A stretch of 64,000 nt of DNA from a bacterium. Lineage in GTDB: Bacteria > UBA8248. The notes below the pieces were generated by a model. It was not told where the DNA came from. It saw only the letters and a list, made by a program, of their open reading frames with translations, and searched no databases. A program made the translations under genes and the position numbers. The stretch is from NCBI GenBank assembly GCA_965261085.1, contig OZ253442.1, positions 64,001 through 128,000 on the forward strand, in the 5' to 3' direction. Of the stretch, positions 47,823-57,525 are shown one piece after another (position 1 is the first letter of the stretch; every line of letters starts with the position of its first letter).

Positions 47823-48833
47823 TCACAACGAGAGCACCCCCTCGCCTCGTGAAATTTCCAGCCGCGTTCCCAGTTTCTTGGAGAGTGATTCGAGGGTGCT
47901 CAGGATTTCCGCCGATTTGGGCTCCTCCGCGGCGAGAATACGCGGGCTTCCGTCCTCTTCGATCAACACGGGCGCTAAAGCCACCCGGCTGAGCGCTCCT
48001 CCCCTAAGACTTATCTTCAGGCAAATCGACTCGCGCACTGTGGGCATGAACATCGGGTGGTCATGATCCAGCACAAAATTGCCCAACGCATAGAAAACAG
48101 GCCGGCCACGATAGACCTCGATTCCTTGCAGGATATGGGGGTGATGGCCGACGACGATGTCCACCCCCGATTCGATGGCCGCATGAGCAACGGCTTGCTG
48201 GGAAAGCGTGAGCGTACGGCTCTGGCTCGCGCCCCAGTGGAACGACGCCAAAAGAAAATCGACTCTCGGACGCGCGCGCTCAATGTCGGCGGCCATCGCC
48301 TCCATGTCCTCTTCATTCACATAAGGGGGGCCATAGAGCGCATCCTGCCGGATGGGGGTGACGCCCGGCTTCTCAGGGCCCGCCCCCCAGCCCATGGGCA
48401 ATTCGAGCACGTAGGATAAAAACCCGTATCGTACTCCTTTTCGCTCCATAACGGCGGGCGTTCGCGCTTCCTGGATATTCCGGCCCGCTCCCGAGTATGC
48501 GATTCCGTTTCGCTCGAGAAGTTCCATCGTCTCGACAAATGGTTCGACCCCGTAGTCCATGCAGTGGTTGCTGGCGAACGCCAATACGTCGAAGCCTCCT
48601 GCGAGATATCCCCGAATCATGTTCGGGCTATGGCGCATCACGATCTTCCCGCTCGCGGGTTCACCCAGATGAGACATCGACGCCTCGAGGCCACCGAAGC
48701 GCAGATCGGCCGCATCCAGAAAAGAGGCGACCTTCGAAAAAGTGTCTCCTGGTTCGGGGCGATCGATTTCCATATCGCCCACCACGACGAGCGTGGACTC
48801 GCTATCCGCTAAATCTTGCGCTTCACTAGGCAA
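47823..48833 (-). CDS. CapA family metallophosphoesterase-fold protein
   Basis: VGD, ASNHCMDYG, HWG, GHHPHILQGIE, YALGNF. Confidence 0.88.
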   Translation of the reverse strand: MPSEAQDLADSESTLVVVGDMEIDRPEPGDTFSKVASFLDAADLRFGGLEASMSHLGEPASGKIVMRHSPNMIRGYLAGGFDVLAFASNHCMDYGVEPFVETMELLERNGIAYSGAGRNIQEARTPAVMERKGVRYGFLSYVLELPMGWGAGPEKPGVTPIRQDALYGPPYVNEEDMEAMAADIERARPRVDFLLASFHWGASQSRTLTLSQQAVAHAAIESGVDIVVGHHPHILQGIEVYRGRPVFYALGNFVLDHDHPMFMPTVRESICLKISLRGGALSRVALAPVLIEEDGSPRILAAEEPKSAEILSTLESLSKKLGTRLEISRGEGVLSL

Positions 48834-48955
48834 CGGTCACCCCCATTCTTGAAATACCGCGCATCTCGCCCCTCATCCGTTAAAAAGGCGCAGCGGCTTC
48901 AACCAGTTCGCGGGCGCGCTCCATTCATCCGATGAGAACGCACGGACGAGTTCTT

Positions 48956-49870
48956 CTATTTTTTATTCTCTCGATCCAGATATGATAAATAAACCGCCGC
49001 GCTGTCCAACTCTCCATTGCCTGCACGCGCGCCTTCCCTGTACAGCGGCGCGCATGCGTTGCCTACCGGCGTCACGGCATTGTGTCTCCTGGCCAGTCTG
49101 AGACCAAGCCCGATGTCCTTCAAGATGACGTTCAAGGTGCTCCGGGGACGGCGATACCGGCCCCGCACCATGATACCGCCGTGGCCATGGAACCCGCTTG
49201 AGTCGCCCGCGCGGCTTCTCTTGAGCGTGTCGAACAAAAAATCCTTCCCGAATCCGCTGCGCATCCCCAGCCGCAAGCCCTCGGCGATGACGCAGCGCCC
49301 CATGGAGGTCATGTAGTTCACGACCACTTTCATCGCGGCCCCTGAGCCGGAAGGTCCGCAATAAACCTGATCTGATAGCATCGTCTCCAAAAGCGGCGCC
49401 ACCTTCTCGTAGGCTTTCCTGTTCCCGCCCACGAGAAACAAGCCTTCCCGATTCGCCACGTAGTCGCTGTTGCCGCTTACGCTGGCGTCCAGATAAGGAA
49501 TTCCCCTCTCCCGGCACAGCCCAGCGTGTTTTTTCGAATCCTCCGGGTCCGACGTCGTCGTGTCGAGCACGACTTCGGGCGCTAATTCCGGCGAGCAAGC
49601 CAGATAACCGTCTTTCCCACGCGCGGTCTGAAGCGATATTTTCGAGTCGGGAACGGAGATGAACACGACCTCGGCGGCTTCGGCCACGGCGCGGGGCGTT
49701 TGGAGGGCCTCTCCTCCGAGGCGCTTGAATTTCCGCATCGCCCTGGCCTGCAGGTCGGTTCCCACGAGGCGATGCCCATCTGCGATGAGGTTTTTGGAAA
49801 ACGCCTGGCCCATGAGCCCTAAGCCGATGAAGCCGATGGTTTTAATCGTGCTCTTCCTTGAGGACATCAT
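48956..49870 (-). CDS. beta-hydroxyacid dehydrogenase family protein
   Basis: GFIGLGLMG, LDASVSG, MKVVVN. Confidence 0.87.
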   Translation of the reverse strand: MMSSRKSTIKTIGFIGLGLMGQAFSKNLIADGHRLVGTDLQARAMRKFKRLGGEALQTPRAVAEAAEVVFISVPDSKISLQTARGKDGYLACSPELAPEVVLDTTTSDPEDSKKHAGLCRERGIPYLDASVSGNSDYVANREGLFLVGGNRKAYEKVAPLLETMLSDQVYCGPSGSGAAMKVVVNYMTSMGRCVIAEGLRLGMRSGFGKDFLFDTLKRSRAGDSSGFHGHGGIMVRGRYRRPRSTLNVILKDIGLGLRLARRHNAVTPVGNACAPLYREGARAGNGELDSAAVYLSYLDRENKK

Positions 49871-49924
49871 TCACCTCCCATCAAGCGAGAAGATAGAGAA
49901 ACGCGAAGCAGGAGATGCGAGGAT

Positions 49925-50686
49925 CTATTCGCTCACGAGTTCCACGCTGTATCGATGCTGATCTCCGCGATAATAGATTTGGGAGAATTCGACAGGCTCG
50001 CCGTTTCTACTGTGGACGAAGGTCTCCACGTATAAAACCGGCGCCAGGACACCGATGGAAAGACGGTCGGCGACCTCACTATCGGCGACACGGGCTTCGA
50101 GCGTCTGTTGTATCTTGCCCAGCGGTATACGCAGTCGACTTTTGAGGATGTGGAGCATACTGCGGGTGCGAATATCCTCGTGCGGAATGTCTTTCGCGAG
50201 CTTTTCGGGCAAATAATTCATCACATAACAAAGGGGTGTTTTCTCCGTCATTCTCAGCCGCTGAACCCTGGTCAACTTCTCCCCAACGTCCAAGCCGAAG
50301 AATTTCTGCAATCGAGACGAAGCATCCACATCCTCTATCGATATGATGCGCATCTCCTCACCGCCGGCGTTCTCTTCCCAGACGACACCGGTGAGTTGAA
50401 TCATCTTCGATTTCACGCCCCCGCGGTTGACGAACGTGCCCTTTCGGCGTTCGCGCGTCACGAGCCCTTCTTTCTCCAATATGGCGAGGGCTTGCCGTAA
50501 GGTGACCCGGCTGACGCCGAAATGTTTGGAAAGGTCCAACTCCTTGGGGAGCTTTATGCCCGCAATCAATTCCCCGTTTTCAATCTTACCGCGCAAGAGA
50601 TTGGCGATTTGGTAGTAATAGGGGATGAATTCGTTCGACAGCGGTTGTTCCGCAATCAGTTCCCGCATTCTTTCCTCATTTCCCAT
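49925..50686 (-). CDS. GntR family regulator, HutC/UTRA type
   Basis: LPKE..L...FGVSRVTLRQAL...GTFV wHTH plus UTRA domain ending YRGDQH. Confidence 0.92.
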   Translation of the reverse strand: MGNEERMRELIAEQPLSNEFIPYYYQIANLLRGKIENGELIAGIKLPKELDLSKHFGVSRVTLRQALAILEKEGLVTRERRKGTFVNRGGVKSKMIQLTGVVWEENAGGEEMRIISIEDVDASSRLQKFFGLDVGEKLTRVQRLRMTEKTPLCYVMNYLPEKLAKDIPHEDIRTRSMLHILKSRLRIPLGKIQQTLEARVADSEVADRLSIGVLAPVLYVETFVHSRNGEPVEFSQIYYRGDQHRYSVELVSE

Positions 50687-50781
50687 GGCCTCGTAAACCG
50701 ACGGGCTTCAGGCCTTGAGCAAGGCGCAAGTTTTACATATTGCAACTTCGTTGAAAATGAGCCTCTTCCCTAAAATTACAC

Positions 50782-50817
50782 TTGCGATTCTTAATGGTAT
50801 TAAATATAATACCATTA
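50782..50817 (+). promoter_or_regulatory. sigma70 promoter overlapped by a HutC-type operator
   Basis: TTGCGA(50782)-N17-TATAAT(50805); perfect inverted repeat TAATGGTATTA-AATA-TAATACCATTA at 50792-50817. Confidence 0.85.
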
Positions 50818-50929
50818 TTCAAGGTTTAATTTGAGCGATTCTTCCGCATCTAGATTTAAAAAAGCCGAAACTATTTTCGTTGATTTTGAGGATTCATACT
50901 TTTTCGTTCACCCGTTGGATGAGTTCCGC

Positions 50930-51682
50930 ATGAAACTCGAAGGACACACAGCGCTCGTCACCGGCGCCACGCGCGGCATCGGCAAAGCCATCGCCCTCGC
51001 ATTGGCCCGCGCAGGGGCCGTCGTCGCCGTGCATTACCACGCGGGTGAAGCGGCGGCGCAAGGGATAGTGGGAGACATTCGCAATGAAGGCGGCAGGGCC
51101 TTTAGCGTCCAGGCCGACGTAAGCCGCCTCAACGAGGTGGAGCGCATGTTCGGGGAATGTGAAAAGGAAATGGGAGGCGTCGATATCCTCGTCAACAACG
51201 CGCGGCGATTGGTGAAGGGCAGAGCCTTCCTGGAGATGAACTGGGAGGAGGATTACGAGCCGCAGATCCAGGTGATGCTCAAAGGCGCTTTCCATTGTTG
51301 TCAGGCGGTGTTGCCGGGCATGCGGGAAAAGGGCTGGGGCCGCATCGTCAACGTTCTTTCCACCGTCCTGGGCGAGAAACGCCCGCGCACGAATTCCTAC
51401 GGGGCGGTCAAATCCGCCCTTTTATATTTCTCGCAAAACCTGGCCGCGGAAATGGGCCCCTACGGCATCACGGTCAACATGGTTTCGCCCGGCCTCACCG
51501 AAACGGAGCGGCCCATCCTCCATTCGGATGATTTTCAGAAAAATTATATCGACACCATTCCGATGAAGCGCCTGGGGCGCTCGGAAGACGTCGCCGGCGC
51601 CGTGGTGTTTTTTTGCAGCGATGAGGCCGCCTATGTCACCGGCGTCAACATGGCCGTCTCGGGCGGCAAGGTGATCTTTTAA
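50930..51682 (+). CDS. SDR family oxidoreductase (FabG-like)
   Basis: TGATRGIG, LVNNA, YGAVK, ITVNMVSPG. Confidence 0.9.
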   Translation: MKLEGHTALVTGATRGIGKAIALALARAGAVVAVHYHAGEAAAQGIVGDIRNEGGRAFSVQADVSRLNEVERMFGECEKEMGGVDILVNNARRLVKGRAFLEMNWEEDYEPQIQVMLKGAFHCCQAVLPGMREKGWGRIVNVLSTVLGEKRPRTNSYGAVKSALLYFSQNLAAEMGPYGITVNMVSPGLTETERPILHSDDFQKNYIDTIPMKRLGRSEDVAGAVVFFCSDEAAYVTGVNMAVSGGKVIF

Positions 51683-51709
51683 CGACCCGCAACCCGGAGG
51701 AAACGAAAG

Positions 51710-52852
51710 TTGGGACTATCGACCAAAGAGCGTGATCGTCGCCATGCGAATCTAAGAGAAGCCATGGAGCGTGAGGGGCTGGATGTTCTCGTCGTCTACG
51801 GCAACAGCGGCCGCCAGGGACCGCGCACGGGGAACCTGGCCTACGTCAGTAATTTCATTTCATTCTCCGGCCAGCAAATCCTGGTTTTTCCGCACGAAGG
51901 AGAACCCGTCTTGTTCGTGGGGGTGGAGAACCAACGAATCGAATCCCTGCGAAACGGGTGGATATCCGACACCCGTTGCGAGGCCATGACGCCCGTACCA
52001 CAGCAGGCGTGCCATTATTTGAACCAAATCGCCCCCTCGGGTGCGAAAATCGGAATTTCCTCGCTCGCCATCATCCCCGTGGCCTGGCACCAGCAGATTC
52101 AGGGCCAGGTGAACGCGAGCGAATGGGTGGAGGCGGGCGACCTCGTCTGGAAGCTGCGTCTGGTGCAAAGCGAAGAGGAAGTAGCGATGTCGCGCCACGC
52201 GGCCAAACTCGGCGACAGGGTGTGGAATCACCTCCGCGACTTCATTCGTGAAGGGGTGACGGAACTCGACATGCGCGCCGAAATGGACCGGGTGATCATC
52301 CCCGAGGGCGGGACCGAGAACTTCAACATGATGGGCCTGGCGGGCATGGCCAACGGAGGAGAAGCGCCCTGGGGCTACGTCATCCCTCAGACGGATCGGC
52401 CCATCAAGAACGGCGACGCCGTCTTGCTCGAGATTTCCCCGCGCGTTCAGGGGTACTGGAACCAGATCGTGCGGGTTCTGGCGCTGGGTGAGGCGGAAAA
52501 ATGGCTGGTCGACGCCCATCAGGTGGTGCGCGAGGCGCGCGACGCCTCTTTGGAGCATCTCAGGCCGGGGAAGCCGATGGTCGGCATGGTCACGGCGATG
52601 AACGATGTTTTCGAAAAACACGGTTACGAGGTATGGCCCTACGGGCTGGTGCACCTCACGGGCCTGGACCTCACGGATTACATGATCACCCCGGTATCCG
52701 AGGGAGACCTTGAACCCGGAATGGTGGTGACGACGCATCCCATGTTCAACCTGGGACCCAACCGCCAGATTTTCTGGGGTGAAACCTATCTGGTCACGGA
52801 CGATGGCTATGACCCGCTGAACACGAGTACGGATGAATTGGTTTGTCTCTAA
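51710..52852 (+). CDS. M24 (creatinase/aminopeptidase P fold) hydrolase with a non-canonical metal site
   Basis: Creatinase-like N-domain plus pita-bread domain; ligand positions read E,Q,H,H,E. Confidence 0.8.
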   Translation: MGLSTKERDRRHANLREAMEREGLDVLVVYGNSGRQGPRTGNLAYVSNFISFSGQQILVFPHEGEPVLFVGVENQRIESLRNGWISDTRCEAMTPVPQQACHYLNQIAPSGAKIGISSLAIIPVAWHQQIQGQVNASEWVEAGDLVWKLRLVQSEEEVAMSRHAAKLGDRVWNHLRDFIREGVTELDMRAEMDRVIIPEGGTENFNMMGLAGMANGGEAPWGYVIPQTDRPIKNGDAVLLEISPRVQGYWNQIVRVLALGEAEKWLVDAHQVVREARDASLEHLRPGKPMVGMVTAMNDVFEKHGYEVWPYGLVHLTGLDLTDYMITPVSEGDLEPGMVVTTHPMFNLGPNRQIFWGETYLVTDDGYDPLNTSTDELVCL

Positions 52853-52890
52853 TGGCTTGGTTGATTCTTATTTAAAAGGAGGAACACGAG

Positions 52891-54405
52891 ATGAAGAGGC
52901 TATGGCTTTGGATGGTTGTTCTGTCGTTGCTGTTGCTCCCCGCGGGAGTGAAGGCGGCGCCCAAGGGGAAGGTGGTGCTGGGCATGGCCGGCTCCTTGAC
53001 CACGTTCGATCCGCACACCTTCAGTTCCCTGCCGATTTCGATGCACCACCCGAACGTCTTCGAGACGCTGCTCGCGCGCGCTCCCGACGGCTCCATGACA
53101 AACCAACTCGCCGAGAGCTACAAGATGGTGAGCCCCAAGGTGTGGGAGTTCAAAATCAGGAAGGGCGTGAAATTCAGCAACGGGGATCCCTTGAACGCGG
53201 AGGCCGTGAAGTTCAGCTTCGAGCGGATTCTCGACCCCAAGATGAAATCGAGGCAATACCGCTACTTCAAGAGCATCGCGAGCGTGGAGGCGGTCGACGC
53301 GAATACGGTCCGGATTCACACGAAAAAGCCAGACCCCATGCTCCCGCCGTTTCTCGCGATCTACGGCTTTATCGTGCCGCCCAAGTATTACAAGAAACAC
53401 GACAAGAAATACCTCTCCCGCAATCCCGTGGGCAGCGGCCCGTTCGTGCTGAAGAAATGGCGCAAGGGGCAGGAAGTCGTCTATGAGGCGAACCCCAACG
53501 CCTGGAGAAAACCCAGGGTGAAGACGGCCGTCGTGAAATTCATTCCTGAGTCCACCACGCGCGTCTCCGCGCTCATCTCGGGCGACGTGGACGTCATCGA
53601 CAACCTGCCTCCCGGCTTGAGCGGCCGGGTCAAAGCGGGCGGCAAAACGCGCGTCATCGCCAAGCAATCGCCGCGCACCAACTACATCTTGATGGTCATT
53701 AAAGAGGGCGCTCCCTGGATGGACGTGAGAGTCCGCAGGGCAATGAACCTCGCGATCAACCGCGAGTCCATCACCAAGAACGTGATGATGGGCTTCGCCA
53801 AACCGGTGGCGATCATTCAGGGTCCCGCGAGCTTCGGCTTCAACCCCGAGCTCAAGCCCTACCCCTACGATCCCGCCAAGGCCAAGAAGCTGCTCGCCGA
53901 GGCCGGATTCGCGAAGGGATTTTCGTTCGACGTGTATATTCCCCGCGGACGCTTCATGATGGGCAAAGAGGCGCTCGAGGGCATCGCGGGCCAGTGGGCG
54001 CAAGTCGGCATCAAGGCGAACGTCCGCGTGATGGAATGGGGCGCGATGAAGAAGATAATCTTCAGCAAGTACAAGAAGAACGTAAAACCGTTCTTGTACT
54101 ATCTGGCGCGCATGAACACGGCATTCAGCGCGGAGCACATGTTCGCAGGCGCCATCAGCAGCCGTTCGGCCTACGGCGGATTCCGCGACAAGGCCGTGGA
54201 CACGATGATCAACGACGCACGCTCCACGCTGGACGACAAGGCGCGGGAGAAGAAGTACCAGGAAATCGCCCGCGTTCTGCGTCACGAGAAAGTGCCGATC
54301 GTTCCGCTGTATCAGACTTTCCGCATCTTCGGCGCGAACAAGAAGATCGACTGGAAACCACGCGCCGATGGCAAGCTGATAGCCGCCGAAGTCGGCCTCA
54401 AATAG
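52891..54405 (+). CDS. ABC transporter substrate-binding protein, family 5
   Basis: Signal peptide, TFDPH, LAES, RKGVKFSNG, PVGSGPF, D.RVRRAMNLAINR. Confidence 0.93.
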   Translation: MKRLWLWMVVLSLLLLPAGVKAAPKGKVVLGMAGSLTTFDPHTFSSLPISMHHPNVFETLLARAPDGSMTNQLAESYKMVSPKVWEFKIRKGVKFSNGDPLNAEAVKFSFERILDPKMKSRQYRYFKSIASVEAVDANTVRIHTKKPDPMLPPFLAIYGFIVPPKYYKKHDKKYLSRNPVGSGPFVLKKWRKGQEVVYEANPNAWRKPRVKTAVVKFIPESTTRVSALISGDVDVIDNLPPGLSGRVKAGGKTRVIAKQSPRTNYILMVIKEGAPWMDVRVRRAMNLAINRESITKNVMMGFAKPVAIIQGPASFGFNPELKPYPYDPAKAKKLLAEAGFAKGFSFDVYIPRGRFMMGKEALEGIAGQWAQVGIKANVRVMEWGAMKKIIFSKYKKNVKPFLYYLARMNTAFSAEHMFAGAISSRSAYGGFRDKAVDTMINDARSTLDDKAREKKYQEIARVLRHEKVPIVPLYQTFRIFGANKKIDWKPRADGKLIAAEVGLK

Positions 54406-54431
54406 GGTTCGATTTTTCAGGTAGAGACAAA

Positions 54432-54471
54432 GCTCCGGCCAGGGACGCGTGAACTTCGCTCTGGCCGGAGC
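54432..54471 (+). terminator. intra-operon hairpin after the SBP gene
   Basis: GCTCCGGCCAG...CTGGCCGGAGC 11-bp stem, no U tract. Confidence 0.5.
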
Positions 54472-54589
54472 CGTTCTCTAAACCGGGGCGCTTCCCCGCC
54501 AATGCGTGGTTTGAATAAAGCGCGCTCCCTTGGTGAGGCGGGCGTCGCCGCCCTCGAAACAAGATGTATTCCTGCTGCTGGGTAGCTCT

Positions 54590-55507
54590 ATGGCCGGATA
54601 TGTTGTCAAGCGCTTGATTCAGGCGGTAGTCCTCCTCAAGTGCGTCATGATCATCGTGTTTCTCCTGCTTCACATGACGGGCGACCCCGTCCTGGTGATG
54701 CTCGACACCGATGCGACCTACGAAGACATCGAGCACTTGAGAAAACTCATGGGGTTCGACCAGCCGCTGCACGTGCAGTACGGGCGTTTTTTCACCAACG
54801 CCCTGCAAGGGAATTTCGGGGAATCCACCGAACACGGCGAATCGGCCATGGGCCTCGTTCTGGAGCATTTCCCGGCGACGATAGAGATGGCGGTCGGCGC
54901 CTTCGTTTTCGCCGTCATCATCGGGGTTCCCTTCGGCTGCCTGGCGGCTTTCAAGGAAGGCTCGGTTTACGACAAAGGCTGCGTGGGCATTACGGTGCTG
55001 ATGCAGGCGATTCCCGATTTCTGGCTGGCGATCATGTTCATCATGTTCTTCTCCGTGACCCTGGGGCTCTTGCCCTCTTTCGGACGAGGGGGTTGGGAGC
55101 ATTTCATCATGCCGGCTTTCGCCGCGTCCACGTATCACCTCGCCCGGCTCGCAAGGCTCATGCGCTCCCAGATGCTCGAGGTGCTGCGCCAGGACTACAT
55201 TACGACGGCGCGGGCGAAGGGGCTGAGTGAAAAAGTCGTGCTCATGGTGCACGCCTTAAAGAACTCCTCGATCCCCATCGTCACCGTCATGGGGCTGGAT
55301 TTGGGCATTCTCCTCGGAGGAACCGTGATCATCGAGGTCGTTTTCGCCTGGCCGGGGCTCGGGCGCCTGGTGGTGGAGGCGATCGCGAATCGCGACTTTC
55401 CGATCGTCCAGTCCGCCGTGTTCATCCTGGCGTCGGGGTTCGTGGTCATCAATCTGACGGTGGACCTCGTCTACGCCTATCTCGATCCGCGGATTTCATA
55501 CGAATGA
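54590..55507 (+). CDS. ABC transporter permease (DppB-like)
   Basis: QDYITTARAKGL, IIEVVFAWPGLG, DLVYAYLDPRI. Confidence 0.93.
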   Translation: MAGYVVKRLIQAVVLLKCVMIIVFLLLHMTGDPVLVMLDTDATYEDIEHLRKLMGFDQPLHVQYGRFFTNALQGNFGESTEHGESAMGLVLEHFPATIEMAVGAFVFAVIIGVPFGCLAAFKEGSVYDKGCVGITVLMQAIPDFWLAIMFIMFFSVTLGLLPSFGRGGWEHFIMPAFAASTYHLARLARLMRSQMLEVLRQDYITTARAKGLSEKVVLMVHALKNSSIPIVTVMGLDLGILLGGTVIIEVVFAWPGLGRLVVEAIANRDFPIVQSAVFILASGFVVINLTVDLVYAYLDPRISYE

Positions 55508-56409
55508 GAGAACAAGCGCTGACCTTTCAGGACCCGATGGAGATAGAAGAACTCCCCAAGCGCGCGAAGATATGGACGTCCCTGTGGAAGGACAAATCAG
55601 CGCTTCTGGGCTGCATCATTCTCCTCAGCGTGGTGATAATGGCGCTATTCGCACCACTGCTCGCGCCGATGGACCCCCATGCCCAACTCCTGGACAGGAA
55701 CCTCAAACCACCCATGTGGTCGGACGGCGAGCGAATCTTCCTGCTCGGTACGGACCACCTGGGGCGGGATTTTCTGAGCAGGCTCATCTACGGCGCGCGC
55801 ATCTCACTCATGGTGGGCTTCTTCTCCGTTTTGCTCACGGGATGCTTCGGGCTTTTCGTGGGGCTGGTGGCGGGCTACTTCGGCGGAAAGGTGGATTTTC
55901 TGCTCATGCGGTTCGTGGATCTGGTCCTCTCCTTTCCGTTCATCCTGCTGGCCCTGGCGACCATCGCCATCGTGGGGCCGAGTCTGGTCGTGCTGATACT
56001 CGTGATGTCGATGCGCATCTGGGTCATCTACGCCCGCGTCGTGCGCGGCGAGGTGCTCACGTTGCGCGAGCAGGAGTTCGTCCAGGCGGCGCGGAGCATC
56101 GGCAGTAGCCATTTCCGCATCATCATCCGCCATATTCTCCCGAACGTCCTGGCGCCCGTCATCATCATCGCGTCCCTGTATCTGGGGCGGATGATCATCA
56201 TCGAGGCGGGCCTGAGCTTCCTGGGCCTCGGGGTGCCGCCGCCCACGCCCACCTGGGGCGGTTTGCTCAGCGACGGGAAGGTGCATCTCTACACCTCCTG
56301 GTGGGTCGTCACCCTGCCCGGCCTGGCGATTACGGTGACGGTTCTGGGGGCGAATCTGGTGGGTGACTGGCTGAGAAACGTGTTGGACCCGCGTTTGAAA
56401 TCGTTGTGA
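55504..56409 (+). CDS. ABC transporter permease (DppC-like)
   Basis: LGTDHLGRD, EFVQAARSIG, RHILPN, EAGLSFLGLG. Confidence 0.93.
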   Translation: MREQALTFQDPMEIEELPKRAKIWTSLWKDKSALLGCIILLSVVIMALFAPLLAPMDPHAQLLDRNLKPPMWSDGERIFLLGTDHLGRDFLSRLIYGARISLMVGFFSVLLTGCFGLFVGLVAGYFGGKVDFLLMRFVDLVLSFPFILLALATIAIVGPSLVVLILVMSMRIWVIYARVVRGEVLTLREQEFVQAARSIGSSHFRIIIRHILPNVLAPVIIIASLYLGRMIIIEAGLSFLGLGVPPPTPTWGGLLSDGKVHLYTSWWVVTLPGLAITVTVLGANLVGDWLRNVLDPRLKSL

Positions 56410-56438
56410 GTTCGTTACGGAATGAGGAGAAAAACCAG

Positions 56439-57470
56439 ATGAGCGATCCATTGAGAGTGGGCGTGGTCGGGCTGGGCCGCTGGGGCAACACCCTGTCGTC
56501 CTATATCGAAAGAACGCCCGGGATGCAAATCGCCACGTGCTTCACGCGAACGCCCGAAAAACGCCGGGCGTTCAGCGAAAAATTCTCATGCGGCGAGGAG
56601 GAAAGCTACGAGGCGGTCATCGAACGCCCGGACGTGGACGCCGTGGTCATCGCAGCGCCCAACAACAAGCACGCGGAACTCGCCATGGCGGCCGCCGCAC
56701 AGGGAAAACACGTGTTCGTCGACAAGCCGATCGCCGCCACCATCCCGGATGCGAAGAAGATGATACGCGCGTGTGAGGACGCCGGCGTCACCCTGGCGGT
56801 CGGCGCGAGTTCGAGGTGGCTCCGGGGCCATCGCCTCTTCAAGCAACTGCTCGATGAGGGAACCATCGGCACCCTGGCGATGGCCGAGACCAACTACTCG
56901 AACGACCGGGGGCTTCACTACACTCCGGACAACTGGCAATGGTATGCGGAAGGCTCCCCCGGCGGCCCGCTGCTCCAGGTGGCCATCCACCAGGTGGACA
57001 ACCTCTTGTACCTCTACGGGCCGATAAAGCGCGCTTCTGCGGCGTTCAGCAAAATAAAGACAAAATCGGAAATTCCCGACGTGAGCGTCGTATGGTTCGA
57101 GTTCGAATCCGGCCTGCTCGGCACGCTGGGAACGAGCTTCATCAGCCCGCGCACGCCGAACGGGCGATACACCTATTTCATGAACGCCTACGGGGATGAG
57201 GCGAACCTCTACCACGACAGGTGGGAGGGAATCAAAATCCTCAAAAAAGACGGGGAGAAGCGCGAGGAAATTCCCTACGAGGAATACCCCAGGCAGGATT
57301 ACCTGATAGAGGAATTCAGGGATTTCGAAGGCGCCGTGCGGGATAATCGCCCGCCCGAGGTGGGCGGGCCCGAAGGACTCCACGTTCTGGGCGCCGTATG
57401 GGCGGCCATGCGCTCCTGGGAGCGGGGCGAGCCCGTGGAAGTGGCCGAGGTACTGGAGGAAGACGACTAG
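56439..57470 (+). CDS. Gfo/Idh/MocA family oxidoreductase
   Basis: GVVGLGRWG, HVFVDKP, GGPLLQVAIH. Confidence 0.9.
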   Translation: MSDPLRVGVVGLGRWGNTLSSYIERTPGMQIATCFTRTPEKRRAFSEKFSCGEEESYEAVIERPDVDAVVIAAPNNKHAELAMAAAAQGKHVFVDKPIAATIPDAKKMIRACEDAGVTLAVGASSRWLRGHRLFKQLLDEGTIGTLAMAETNYSNDRGLHYTPDNWQWYAEGSPGGPLLQVAIHQVDNLLYLYGPIKRASAAFSKIKTKSEIPDVSVVWFEFESGLLGTLGTSFISPRTPNGRYTYFMNAYGDEANLYHDRWEGIKILKKDGEKREEIPYEEYPRQDYLIEEFRDFEGAVRDNRPPEVGGPEGLHVLGAVWAAMRSWERGEPVEVAEVLEEDD

Positions 57471-57525
57471 ACGCGAATGGCTGCGGCGGGGTAGACCCGC
57501 CCAATACCTAGAAGGAAGGAGACCC

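Noticed and set aside
47823-48833. Poly-gamma-glutamate capsule locus
   Set aside because: Only a CapA-family gene is present, without capB or capC
52900-54285. 461-aa antisense ORF, plus similar ones over garR-like, ankyrin and M24 genes
   Set aside because: Expected antisense open frames from high-GC codon bias; no motifs
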